A stretch of 64,000 nucleotides of DNA from Camelus dromedarius (Eukaryota). The translations under genes and the position numbers were made by a program. The DNA lies in NCBI RefSeq assembly GCF_036321535.1, contig NC_087457.1, positions 29,140,001 to 29,204,000 of the forward strand, given 5' to 3'. The notes beneath the pieces were generated by a model, which was given only the letters and a program-made list of their open reading frames with translations, searched no databases and was not told the origin of the DNA. This document shows, piece by piece, positions 1-12,379 of the stretch (the stretch's first letter is position 1; every line of letters starts with the position of its first letter).

Positions 1-149
1 AGTTATTCTGAGTTTTCCCATAAGTGGAGCACTGCCTGTTTCCACTGTCTGTTTTCAATGTACCTTATCTGTGCAGGAAAAAAATGCCCAGGTCTCAGCC
101 AGCTCTAATCCTACACTGAAAATATTCTGAGGAACTGAAGACAAATATT

Positions 150-260
150 TCCAGCTGCAACACTAACTTATGCTGGGAACTTGGGGAAAATCCTTCCTTT
201 TCTAGGAACTCAGCTGTTTAAGATGTAAAGTTGTACCATATGAACCTAAGATTTTTTTTT
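150..260 (+). mobile_element. MIR SINE fragment (degenerate)
   Basis: Core-like stretch ACTAACTTATGCTGGGAACTTGGGGAAAATCC...CTCAGCTGTTTAAGATGTAAA resembles the MIR core (ctgtgtgaccttgggcaagt...ctcagtttcctcatctgtaaa). Confidence 0.45.
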
Positions 261-289
261 CTAGCTTTATACCTATTACTTATGATACA

Positions 290-805
290 TTTAAAACCCT
301 TCCGTGGTTTCATGGTTTCTTTTTAAAAAAGACCAAACTCCACAACACGGTTTACGAAGCCCTGCACCATTCTGTGGGTCACAGCCGGAAAATGTCGATC
401 TTCTCTTTCAGTCTATACATCACTTCTCTCCATTCCTTAAAAGAGCCAGCTCCTCCTAGCCTGAGAGTCTTGGACATGCTGTTCCCTCTGCCTGGAGAGC
501 CCTGCTCTCCTTCCTTCCCACCTGGGCTCAGGTAACTCCTGTGTATCCTTCAGTGCTCTCTCTGAAAGTCCTGAAGCAAGACTTTTCTGTCCCGTGTTAC
601 ATTCTCTCACATTACCCTGTACTTCTCTTTCAAAATACTTAATGGCAACTGCAAGTACTTCATTTGAAATGAGGAATTTAACGTCTGTGTCTTTAAACAC
701 AATGTGGCTGACCTGCTTAGCTCACTCCCATATCTTCAATGTTTAGTCCTGTCTGCATGTAGTAAGCACTCAAGAAATACTTATTACAAAATTGAATACA
801 TGGAT
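290..805 (+). mobile_element. LINE-2 (L2) 3' end fossil
   Basis: Typical L2 3' motifs CATGCTGTTCCCTCTGCCTGGA (~475) and terminal TAGTAAGCACTCAAGAAATACTTATT...TGAATACATGGAT (~760-805). Confidence 0.7.
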
Positions 806-1589
806 ATAAAAGGAACCAGCTAATGAAACAAGATCTTGTATGAGAGAGCAGAAGAGCATATCTATTTTAACAGAGAGAGAATACAGATTTGATGTCAAAA
901 CCCAGCCTTCTTTATAAGAATAATTCTCATAAAAGCAGTATTTTTTTCTCTTTACCTTTTCTCCACTTAATTTCATTGAGTCATGAGGGGTGTGGATTTC
1001 ACACCTACCTAATTTCTAAAGAATGAATTTAGCAGAAATATTAAATATCTCCTTTCAGCGGCAAAAGTGTCAAGAATCTCCTATGCTTTGTAACACAGGA
1101 AAAAACACTGTTGGCTCTCAAAGATGCTTCTTTGTCAAACAAGGGAATGCTGATGTATTTTAAAAATTCACCTGCTCTCAAAATGTTTTATTAAAAAAAA
1201 GTTACATTAAAAGTAATGAATACAACCAGTTCTCAACGTGAGTATCTGCTTATCACAAGAAAGTAAAATAAGTAGGAATAGAAACAGTGCGTAAGATAAT
1301 GTTAGAAGAAAAAATACATGTAACATCGCTTATCCTTGTGCACGGAGAGCAAATGTCATATGTTTCAGCCTCATACAGGACAGAACTTGTAGCTCATCCC
1401 TAATTTGCACTTATATCTAAAAATCCACAGGACTCATTTTCATTTTGATGTCAGTTTGCCAATGTGCAAATTAACAACTTTCTAGTGAATGGAATTTCTT
1501 CCTCCTCAAAACCACATATATTTCTTTTCTTTTTCATTACCAGCTGAATATGTATAGTGTGTGACTCTCATCCCTAAAGAGTCCAGCAC

Positions 1590-2390
1590 GATGTCCACCC
1601 AGGGGGCTGTTCCCAGGGAACCAGGACTGACAGCCTGAGTGAGGCACCAGGACTCAAGCCAAGTCAGCACCACTCAGAGGAGAGGCTGGTGGGCGTGCCC
1701 GCATTCTGACCGCTGCGCTGAGATTACCATCTCTGCATCTCAAGCAGCAAGGAAAAGGGTGCCTCTATTAAGGGCTCCTGGGTACGGTGACTCCTCTATT
1801 TGCAGACTTTCTCCTTGATTTGCCAGCTTTGTGTGACACTCTTTTGACTGTAACATACTTTTTTCCACATGAGGCAAACGGAGCTCTCTCTATATAAAGA
1901 GCAAGCAGAGGGTCACCGAGCTCTCTCCCTCCCTCTTGCTTTGCCTACTTAATGGGATTTTGGAATCTTTAGATGGCTTTCCGCTGGACGCCATCAAGTC
2001 ACATTTCCCACAGAACCCACTCTTCCCAGTAAGACACGAAGCTAATCAGAAATGTTCAAAATATGAGGGAGAAAGAGGAATTGAAGAGCTGAAGCCAATA
2101 TTCAGAGCGAGCCCTCATGCACTGCCCGGGCTGCTGGTGTCCGGGGACAAAGCCGGCAGGCTAGCTGGGGGCGCACTCTCAATGTTTCATCAGAGCCTCT
2201 GCAATTCCGCCTGAGAGCAGGGAATTCCGCGTGGAGTACTTCCTCTTAACAGCTTTCATAATTCAAAAGCCAACCCATGTTGAACATTCCAAGCAAGGAG
2301 ATCTGTCAGTAGTTTTGGTATCAACTCTGTATTCTCCCTCTGTATTAAAATAGACATGCTCTTACGCTCTCTCAGACAAGACCTCGTCGG
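1590..2390 (+). promoter_or_regulatory. CpG-enriched promoter/enhancer-like region with consensus TATA box
   Basis: TATATAAA at 1891-1898; locally raised GC and CpG against an AT-rich background; donor-like CCA|GTAAGA at 2028/2029; CTCF-like CTAGCTGGGGGCGC at 2161-2174. Motif evidence only. Confidence 0.4.
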
Positions 2391-5300
2391 AGAGGATACA
2401 TTATCACAGGAACAGAAAACATCCTTGTTACCTAAGAAAGCATACTTCATGAGACACTGATTAAAGGTTTTATGATAATGGCCTATAGGATCCAGGCCCG
2501 TTTGTGATCCTTTGCCTGTAACCTCTTTGAAGGATACTCAAAATTGTTCAAACTATGAGCAAGAACAGGTATTTGTTCAAAAACATAAAAAATTTCAAGT
2601 CAATCTATTTAATTAAAGCCACAAGCAAGTGGGTAACAAGGAGCTCATGAATAGCTGCCTTTCCCTGTTTATCGCAAAAACCTTTCCTTTTGGAAAACCG
2701 ATTCACTGGAAGATTACCATTATTGCTATTATTTTCATTTTTCAAAATGAGCTGCCACTTATTTTGTAGCTGGTGAGACAATACAAAATATACTTTTGTG
2801 GAAGTGTTTAGTAAAGGATCATGTGGACTTTGTTTTTATTGACTTTAATGGTGCCTAACCTTTTCAAAAGGACCACGTTAATACCTTTTTTTGAGTGTAC
2901 TTTTTCTGTCAAAATCTTGTTGCTTAAATAGCAGTAGTCTTACATTTCCACGTACAAGCACACCTTTTATTTACTAACTTTTTATGATGTATTTTAAGAG
3001 TAAAGCCTGCCTTGAAATATAATGCAAAATAGTATTTTAGAGACTTCAACTAGAATTTTTAAGAGTATCAATTCACGAAGGCCTCATTCTCTAATGGATG
3101 ATCAGCCCCGTGCTCTTTTCTCCAGCTCATCAAAAAGTGATGCTTGTTTGGAGATTTGTAATATCTCAACTAATTAAACTCCTTGTGCTTACATTTGGTA
3201 AAGGATTCAACAAGAGATGACTGAGCAAACAAGATTAGTGCGGACTTTTAAATATCATTATATCACAATTGATTGATCTTCGTACGCAGCAAAGGTTCCA
3301 GCAATCCTCTTTTACAAAGATCATAAAAGATCAAACTAAAAGATGAATTGAAGATAAAAATAGAGAAATATATACACACTGAATTCTATTTTCTTCATGT
3401 TATATTTTTGTGGGTAACATTTTTTTCCTTTGAAGAACTGGCCTTATTATAGATATTCCCTATTTTTTAAAATTTATTATAGTATTTCCTTTTGGAGTAA
3501 TATATAATCATTTTAATTATCACAGGCAACATCTGGGTCTGTGAAGGTAATACTCATTAAGAAGCAGGGCGAAATATAAAAGTCAAATTACTGAAAGTAG
3601 TCCTGCCATCTGTGTGTGTGTTGGTGTATGCACACATTTTCACAAGGAAGGGGGTATTTAATAAATAGATATTAGAAAGAAAAAGGGTTTCCACAGGGGC
3701 TAAATAAAGGAAGGTCTTAATAATTTTTATAACCAAGTTATAGCCAGCTATACAAACAGTAAAATGGCATTTATAGGTCGTCTATACATTGTCTTTAAAT
3801 GAAGTCATGCTTCAATGTACAGGGTTCATTTATACATTCATCATCTACACCTTAAACTGGGTATGAATGACCTCAAGTGAGCAAGTGTTGAGCACCGACA
3901 CGTTCTAGAGATGTTGCTACCTAGAACAGTCCTCAGTGTTGTGCGGCTTTGATGATTAATACTACAAACCCAGAACATCAAAAAACGCTACAGACAAAAC
4001 ATGCTATAAAACTTGCCTTTTGAATATTGATTTTACTATGAAATGTGTTTTAAATCATCTAAGCTCTTAACACACAATAATGCTTGATTTTTTATAATAA
4101 AAAAGTCTCCACTTCTCTTGTGTATTTGTTAACGAGTAGTTGATCTATTTATCCGTTTATATCTGTCTTGTAAGAGTACGAAAATGAAACAGACGAACAA
4201 ACAAAAGCCCAAAACCCAGACCTACCTCTTACAGAACTGACTTAGCTCTGAAGTTAGGACATTCAGGCCGTCAGCTAATACACTGGGGTGGCCTCCCTGA
4301 GAATTAATTCCAAAATAGCAGATGAAGTTACACGTAAGGGTGAACACTTCTAATTGTAAATATTTCAAAGTCCAATGTGGAGTGAGTTTGGAATTACCCA
4401 CTGTACTAACTCCTTTTACAATAATTCTCAGTGAGGAATTGACTATATTTCATAGAGAGAGTTTTATTTTTTGCTCAGCCTACTTACCCATTAAAAATCA
4501 GTCATACTAACAGCAGTTTCACTTTAGAAGACATATCAAACACAGATCAATTGTATTTCTGTTTATGAAAAGAATAATACTCGTATTTAATAGTTTTCTC
4601 AAGCATGTTCATAAAAATTATGCTTATATAGCTTTGCTATCAACCCCATTTAAAGATGTTTCATTGGACATCTTTGTGGGGGGTGGACAGGACAAAATTC
4701 GGCCAACCAGCAATAAAACCCAATCCACAAACAAATTTAGCTTTAAAACCATCAGTCAATCCAATATAAAATTACGATTTCTTGTGATGAGCCAAAAACA
4801 GCAAGTAACTTGAGAGTATTCTCTTAAATCTCAAAGACATATACAACGTGCCTCAGCTGTTTTTATCCTTAACCAAATCTTAATAGATCTAGAACTCATT
4901 TTATCTTTTTTCTACATCAATTGAATCTCTTTTTTATTTACTAGATGGAGAATAAAAGCTCATATAAGTTTCATTAACTATAAAAGTTGCTTTCAGTTTG
5001 AAAACCATCTTAAATGGAAAATATAATGCCTCAGTGATTAGCGAGCACGCCACAAAAAATGTGGCTGTGAGAATACAATGTGACTTAACCGGGTGTATAC
5101 AGTACATATCTGGGCAATAGCTAAAACTCAAACACGTAAGAACAAACGACTGTTCATACAGCACAGTGCGATAATATTTGCACAGGTTTTCAGAAATTCC
5201 ATTCTCCCTATTTTGGGTGCCACATCTTTTAGTCTTGTGTAGAATATGCTGAAGTATGTCATTCCTGAGCACTTGCAAGACCTATACTTTAACCTCCAGA

Positions 5301-7199
5301 TCCCAGTGAAAAGCACTCTTTGAAAGTATGGGTGATAATGGAAGCAGACAGCACAGTACCAACGGACCCACTGAATGAATAATGAGAGAACACAGTAACA
5401 CCGCAAAGTTCTGCAGTTCGAGGGTGCACATCTGAAGCTCTAATGCCGTCTAAGTCATTCTGAGACTCATTTAAATACAAGTCTTGTTTCTATCTTTTAT
5501 CTTCTAATTTCAGGAAATTAGATGTAAAACTCTCCTCATTCATTAGAAGTACAGAATGATCAAAAGAATAGAAATTTCAACACAAAGCTAATTGCATTGT
5601 CAAATGACCTCACACATAATGCATCATTAAAAATGATCTACTCTGTAATAACTGTATGCTGCTAAAGGTTAAAATAGCTTTAACATGTGGGAAAATAATT
5701 GTAATTGAAATAAATTCCAACTTTATACTGCATTTGCCAAATATGAAATTAGGGGACGGTATTTGAGTTTTATAAACTTTATCTAATCAAAGTGCTCCTG
5801 TATTTTGTGCGGAAAAAGAAAATCTCCCGTGACATAAACAGTCTGAGACTGCAACGAAACAAACTCGTAGAACGCCGTCGACACTGATCTCGGGTAACTA
5901 GCTCTTTCAGATCGCTGGTCTTTAATTACAGTTGTTCAATGGAAGTTATTTCACTCCCCAAGAATCAAATATCAAGCTGGGGAAATCATGGCATTTCCTT
6001 CCTCTTTGCAATAAAGAATCCACTTTTAGCTTGTTTTTTTCTTTTTGCAAATTCAATAAATTGCATTTGCCTATTTGTATAAATTAATACCAGATATAAA
6101 TCCCCCAGCTTATACTATCGTTGAATTGGGACAGAACCATGCTTCCATAAAGAGCAGGAAGGGAAATAAATTCTAGAATGCAAGCACCATAAATAGGAGT
6201 AAGGTCCAAATAGAACAAAATCAAGTCCATATTAACCTATGAGATCAAGCTGACCAACCTCTTCTATGGAAGTAAAGTTAAACTGTGATAAAACCACAAG
6301 GTAAAGATAATGAATATTATTTGAAATACAAGATCATGAGGGTAAAAAGCATTGGTATATCATCCATTCTCAGCCATATATGGTAGGTAAATGAGGGATT
6401 GTCACTCAGAAATTGCCTCATAATCACATTTTATCCAGTCAAAATGGGATTCAGTAATCAGGAGGAGCCTGCGATTGCAAGCATTTATTTTCCAATTGAA
6501 GTGATTCCTGACAACGATAAAGCGTAACGGCTCTTACAGTTTTGTACTGAATCAGAACGTACATTGTGATTATGCTAATAACATGGTGTTGAGGTTTAAG
6601 AGCATGGTGAATGTGTTTCTCAAAGCTTATCCCCAAACATCGAGGCTATTCTATTAAGGCCGACCCTGTGAAGCAACAGACAAAGGTGGAGGAGAACTCT
6701 TCAACGTTTTGATTCTGGGGTTGACCCAGGCAAGTGTTCAGCATTTCAGGAGAGGGTAGGCCCAGTAACGGTCTCCCACGTGAGTGACGTCTCTAACAGC
6801 CAAGGACAAGAAAAATCTCATCTTCAAAGGCCAAAGAATAGAATTTGACTGAAAGATTTTAAGTGGTGGGGAAAAATAACGTTTACTAACAGTTCGAGGA
6901 AGTACCCAGGTGAGAAACAGACTGTGTTTCACAAGGTGCTTAATGCGTTGCCCCTGTCTGCAAGACAATTTTACCATCAAAACAATATTTCTCAGTTCCC
7001 ACGATAGTCCCCAAAATCTTATTTGAACCTACTACAGGACCTAATATACCATATTTTTAACTGGAAAAAAAAAACTATTTTCCAAAATATACAAGCACAG
7101 GAAATTTAACAGCACCAACGAAAACCGCTGATGTGTCAGTGAGAGCACGTTTAATGAGGAGGCCACTGAGATCTGGTCCCATCCTCATCTTTCACTGTC

Positions 7200-7380
7200 T
7201 TCTTTCTGGTCACACTGCATCACCACTTCCTGATATCTCTTAGCCATTTCCTGCTTCCATTACATTTGCAAATGTTGTATCCTCTACCTGTATAACTCGT
7301 CACTCTTCAACCTAGAAGTGCTTTACCCGTCCTCAAGTTCAGAGCAGCCCATTCTGTGAAGCCAAGCAAATTCTGCAACA
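7200..7380 (+). mobile_element. L2 fragment (degenerate)
   Basis: Pyrimidine-rich L2-like text (CATTTGCAAATGTTGTATCCTCTACCTG...CCCGTCCTCAAGTTCAG). Confidence 0.4.
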
Positions 7381-7394
7381 CCATCCTCCACGGC

Positions 7395-7680
7395 AAAAAC
7401 TGGAGTAAGTCCAAAGTCAAGTTGCTGGCAGGTCCAGGGCCCAGTAAGAGTCCACTTTCTGGTTCTTAGATGGCCCTCATTTCACTGTTTCCTTATACGG
7501 CAGACGGGGTGACAGAGTTTTCTCGGTCTTTTTTAAAGGGTGCTAATCCCACTCACGAGGGCTCTGCCCTAAAGACCAAATCACCTCCTAACGGTTCCAC
7601 CTCAAATACCATCACATCTTGCTTAGGTCTCAATGCACGCACTCAGGGGAGCACGAGACTCAGTCCACTGCAGAATCCAA
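7395..7680 (-). mobile_element. MaLR (MLT1A/B or MST-like) LTR fragment
   Basis: AAGGGTGCTAATCCCACTCACGAGGGCTCTGCCCTAAAGACCAAATCACCTCCTAACGGTTCCACCTCAAATACCATCACAT is the reverse-strand MaLR LTR signature. Confidence 0.75.
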
Positions 7681-10559
7681 CTACTTAAACCGAAAAGTCT
7701 AAAACAACAGCAGCAACACAAACTCATTCAATTTTGAGCTACGTCGGATAATTTTTAGCTGTTAATTTCCCAAATGCCTAAAATAATATAAAATGAGAAG
7801 TAGTTTGAAATGAGGGAAATGTTATTACTAAGTCATGTTTACCTTTTATATATGAGTATCGCTGATTCAATTAAAACTTATTTTTGATCTGTGAATTAAA
7901 AAAAAAAAAGATTTAAAATTTTCCTATAAAAATGTCAGCTATACAATGTGTCTTAAAGCCTTGCCATAATAATGGCAATAAATACTATTCTTTATTTTTT
8001 ATTAAGATAACTGAGTAAAATACAGTGAAATATAACCAGTTAACTATTACACAGGTCTGAAAGTTTGAGTATTAAAACTTTTAGACTCAATTGATTTGTC
8101 TTATGGGCCTTTATCTGAGTTGAAGGATATGGAAATTAAAGATATGCCATAGGAAGAGCATGCTAGGGAGTTCAATTTGGAAATATTTCCTGGGTTCCAC
8201 TTTTCCAAACCTGCATTGATTTTGCCCTAGCCTGTTCCCAAGATCAGCTTCTCATTTTTAAGGGAAAAAATTCTCAAATATACTAATCCAATATCACATT
8301 GCTATTTTCTTACAAGACTTTATTTCAAAAATATGTCACTTCCCAAGGAGAAAAATGTTTCATGTCATAAAACAGTTGTTAGCCAGAAGAGACAAGGATA
8401 TTTTTAATAATCATACCTCACATGTAACTAACAAAAATTGCACACCACTAGACTTTTCAAAAGGGAATAGCAGTAAGCCAGCACTTCAACAGATATATTT
8501 TTCAAATGAAGTTTAGAAAAGTCTTCTTTCCTCCATTAAAGTAGATTCCTCTGAGATTTATTATGGAAAACAAGTTTAAAGAACAGGCAATGCACATACT
8601 TTGAGAAAAAAAAAAGATATTTTTGCATCTTAATATCTTTTCTCTGAAAGTTAAAAGCTTGAAATTTATTATTCAGCATCTCTTGAATTTCGGTCTGAGC
8701 TCTTGCTTTGTAGAAGGGCCTGGGATGCTGGTACTTTGAGGGTCTAAAATGGGACCTGTGATGTGTGGGAGCTCAGGTATTTCTGAAGAAATGATAACTC
8801 GATCAGTAGCACAACCAGAAAAGAGAGATTGCTAAGAAATCTCACAATGTGTCTGCCTAAAGGGTCCAAGTTCAAAGATTAAACAATTACTGATTTGTGA
8901 GGGAAAAAAAAATCCAGAGCAATCAACTAAAAACAAAGAAAAAGGACTGGAAATCTCTTCAGGCGTGTGTTTGAACAATCACGCAGCAAAAGGATGTGGG
9001 TGGGACACAGCACCTGCCACACGGGCAGGACTGTGAGATAAACAGTCTGAGGGACCTGCCTGTGAAACACAGATCCTGGACAGTCATCGCTCATGTAATT
9101 CTCAGCGTTAGATCCCTGACTTTAACTTGCCCAAATGCAAACATGCTACAATATAAAGACCCTGAGCTATAATTAGCTCCTTTGTGCATCTTACATAAAA
9201 TAGTTTGTTTCTCAGATCAGACGCTCAATAAGATCTCAGACGGATAAGAGTAAGGCAGATAATGTGAATGAGCAGAGAAAAGAAAAAATGTGCAGCCAGA
9301 GTTCCGCGGCGAAGAATACAGGGCGGGTGGATGCAATGGACTTCCAGGAGATCCAAGTGGGACGTTGCTTCTGTCATCTGTCTATATGTCCCCAAGTACA
9401 AATACATGTTGGATTAATTTAAGAAGCATTTAGAGAAAATTTTACAATGTCCTTAAGGTGAGAAATTTGGATATTATTAATTTATCCTTCCACTGGATAA
9501 GAACTAGGATTCCAAAGGTATTTGTTGATGCAAAATCTAAGTTAGAAAAAAACAGTCTTGTTAGTTTCAGGTTAACCTTTGAATATGTTCTAATTTGGTG
9601 CTCATGGAAACATACTTGATTCCTTCCTTTTTTTCTATTACATCATTTCAACTTTACTTGTATTGTTATCAAAAAAAACATAAAATTTGACAAGTCAAAT
9701 ATATTTTGTGTAGTAACACGCAGCTGCCTAAATCTGGGAACCACTTTCAACATTTGGCTGATTTCATGCTATTTGTCATAATACTTCTAAAGAATGTGCT
9801 TAAAAGTTTAATTTTTTGATTTCTCCATTTTGGATAGACGGTAGTACCTTCCTAGCATGGAAAAGGAGGAGTTAGCTCATTTTTTTTTCCTTTAACAGTC
9901 TTGTGCACATGCAGACACACACAAACACATACACTTCCCTCTCCTCAGCCTTTTAAGAGTTCTATCAAAATTCTGAGCCAATAATATTCAAAGGTGAATT
10001 TTTTTCAAAATCATTTCAAAATCAATACTGCGATTTTTTTTTCTTTATGTGACTGTTTTTGAGGGGACTCTCCAGGAGGGAAGTCCTCGTTTTTGTTTTT
10101 GTATGTGTGTGTGCTTTGATTTACTCCTCTGTGTGTTCATCACTATTGCCTCCTGGACGCTGGCAGAAATGCAGTTTTGTAACATCGTCAGGAACAGGAA
10201 GTCATCCATCGGTCCACTTACGGTAGTTGCTGTTACTGCTGCCGCTATTTTTATTTATATTTCATTATGATTATTTGTTCATTTTTATTTTTATTGATGG
10301 TTATTATTTTTTATTGATATATTTTTTTGCTTTTAAAACAAGCTGTACAATGTCATTTGGAAATTCCCTTCACGTCACTTCGGCACTCCCTTATTACATG
10401 GCCCATGGCAATTTAACAGCAACGGGATGAAATCCAAGGTTCCCACTCCACAGTCTTCATCATTGGTGATGATATTAAAAAACTATGGAGAAAGGGTAAC
10501 ACCGGCTCTGAGAAAGGACCGAAGAGGAGAGTACCGAGGAGGTCTGAACTGTGGTTTTA

Positions 10560-10720
10560 CTGCTCCTAAAATGCATGAACTTTCCTCTTCTGTAAAAAAG
10601 TAGCAGATAAAATTATCAAGTGGCTTCCAAAGTTTATGCGGCGCTAAACACAACACCTGGCATACAATAAACATCCAGTAAACTTTAGTGACCATCATAA
10701 TGACACCAATAGCGGAAGTG
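10560..10720 (+). mobile_element. MIR SINE fragment
   Basis: TTTCCTCTTCTGTAAAA core and 3' ACACCTGGCATACAATAAACATCCAGTAAAC. Confidence 0.6.
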
Positions 10721-11710
10721 CCGGAGCTCACAGTGACGCTGGCACCATCTGAGGCAGTACTGTCTCCTGTCTCTGGTTTGTCCATTGCCCTCCAGGAAAC
10801 AAGTTTTTGTTTGATTTTGATTTATGGCTGTGATCTGAAAGCGGTCTCACCTCGTAAGCTACGTTGTCCTATCTCTGTATGGGAGGTGTTCTCTCATTTT
10901 CACTCTCGCCTCTGCATTTTCTACACTGATTAAGAATACCAGAATTAGAGAGGGAGAGATGGGCCCACTGCACTGGAGTAGAACCTTGAGCTCTTCCTGC
11001 CATTCAGGACAACTGGATAAAGGAATAAAACCAGAAGGAAGAAACTCACAATGGGGAGAGTGAGCTACAGTTCAGTACAGCAAAGCCACAGAACAAAACA
11101 CGGTACCTGATGGCCATGTTTGGCTGAAGATTTATCTTAATTGTACGCAGAAAGAAGGAAAACAGTTTTCATTCTTAAGTGTGGTATTTCCAAAAATAAA
11201 AGGACTGATATTTTCAAAAAACATGATACTGTTACCTGAATAAATAGCCAAGGGAAGTAAGAGGAACTAGAATTTTATTTCCATAGAAATGGACCAGCTG
11301 TCAAAGTAGTCCAGATATTTTAACATAATTTTTAGCATGATGCCAGACTCAGTTAGATGGGTGACTGTTTAGTTCATTTATTTGAATGCTCCTATTTCAA
11401 GCCAGTACTAAAGTTTCCACCCATGCACCAACCTATTCTAAGTATGAAAATAGCATGTCAAGACGTATTTAATAAATCAGGACTGCTTCTATCTCTAGTA
11501 ATTCTGAAATTCAAAGCAATCAAGGAAAGATTTTCTTAATTTTTCCTCCAATTAGAGAGCTGCACCTCTGAAAAGGGGAATTATATAACTTTTATATACT
11601 TGATCAATAACATGTGAAAACATTTCAGAGGTTCTTTTCTAAGTCCAGGGTACAGAAAAATCTTATGTGGTATCTACCTCAGATCCCTAGAAAGAAATCG
11701 TCTGTTTTCT

Positions 11711-11712
<2 letters not shown>

Positions 11713-11754
<42 letters not shown>
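11713..11754 (+). repeat. (TG)21 microsatellite
   Basis: Perfect TG dinucleotide run read directly. Confidence 0.95.
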
Positions 11755-11758
<4 letters not shown>

Positions 11759-12379
11759 AATAGGTCTCTTGTACACACCTAAAATGAAAGACCTGCATTA
11801 TGCATGTATGTCACTGATATCTGTATTCAAATAAAGATTTTGTTTTATTTTCAATTAACTTTTACCAATTTTTAAATCATTTTTCTAAATGCTCTCCAGA
11901 AAAAAATAAATATTTTACATCAGTAGTGATAATAATGACTCAGGGTTCTATTTCAATCTCAAGTGTAACAAGGCCGCAATAGAGAGGATTTTGGTAAGAC
12001 GGTGATTTGAACACAAACAGTTTCTTTTCTGCTACCAACTCCAAATCTGCCTTTCTTGATTCAAATTGCTGCTGAGCTCCTGCTCGGTGGGTTGGACACA
12101 CGGGGTGCAGGGGAGCTGAGGAGGGAAGATAACAGCCCGCTAAGGGAAGTCAACAGGCAGAGAGAACGAGATCTTGCAGAACAAAGAGAAGAAGCAACCA
12201 GCAAAAAAAGGATCTTCTCAGAGACAAAGGATAATTTTCACAGAAAACTAACAAAACCACTAAGGGGATTCAAGCACAGAACAAACAAAGCAAAGGAAAA
12301 CAAAACAAAAACAACAACTACAAAACCACCTTTGTCCAAATAACAATACAGATGGTAAATCATGTGAGCGGAATTAGAT

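Noticed and set aside
1958-2002. Minus-strand ATG MASSGKPSKDSKIPL containing an SxIP motif
   Set aside because: Weak Kozak context, weak donor, short frame; not recognised.
9214-9407. Exon-like segment with acceptor TTTGTTTCTCAG and open frames on both strands
   Set aside because: No good donor and no recognisable peptide.
10483-10785. 100-aa minus ORF ending GAVKPQFRPPRYSPLRSFLRAGVTLSP
   Set aside because: Its middle is a MIR; no homology recognised.
12056-12343. 95-aa K/R/E-rich ORF
   Set aside because: A-rich sequence immediately upstream of the ORF1 remnant of the old L1; probably L1-derived or low complexity.
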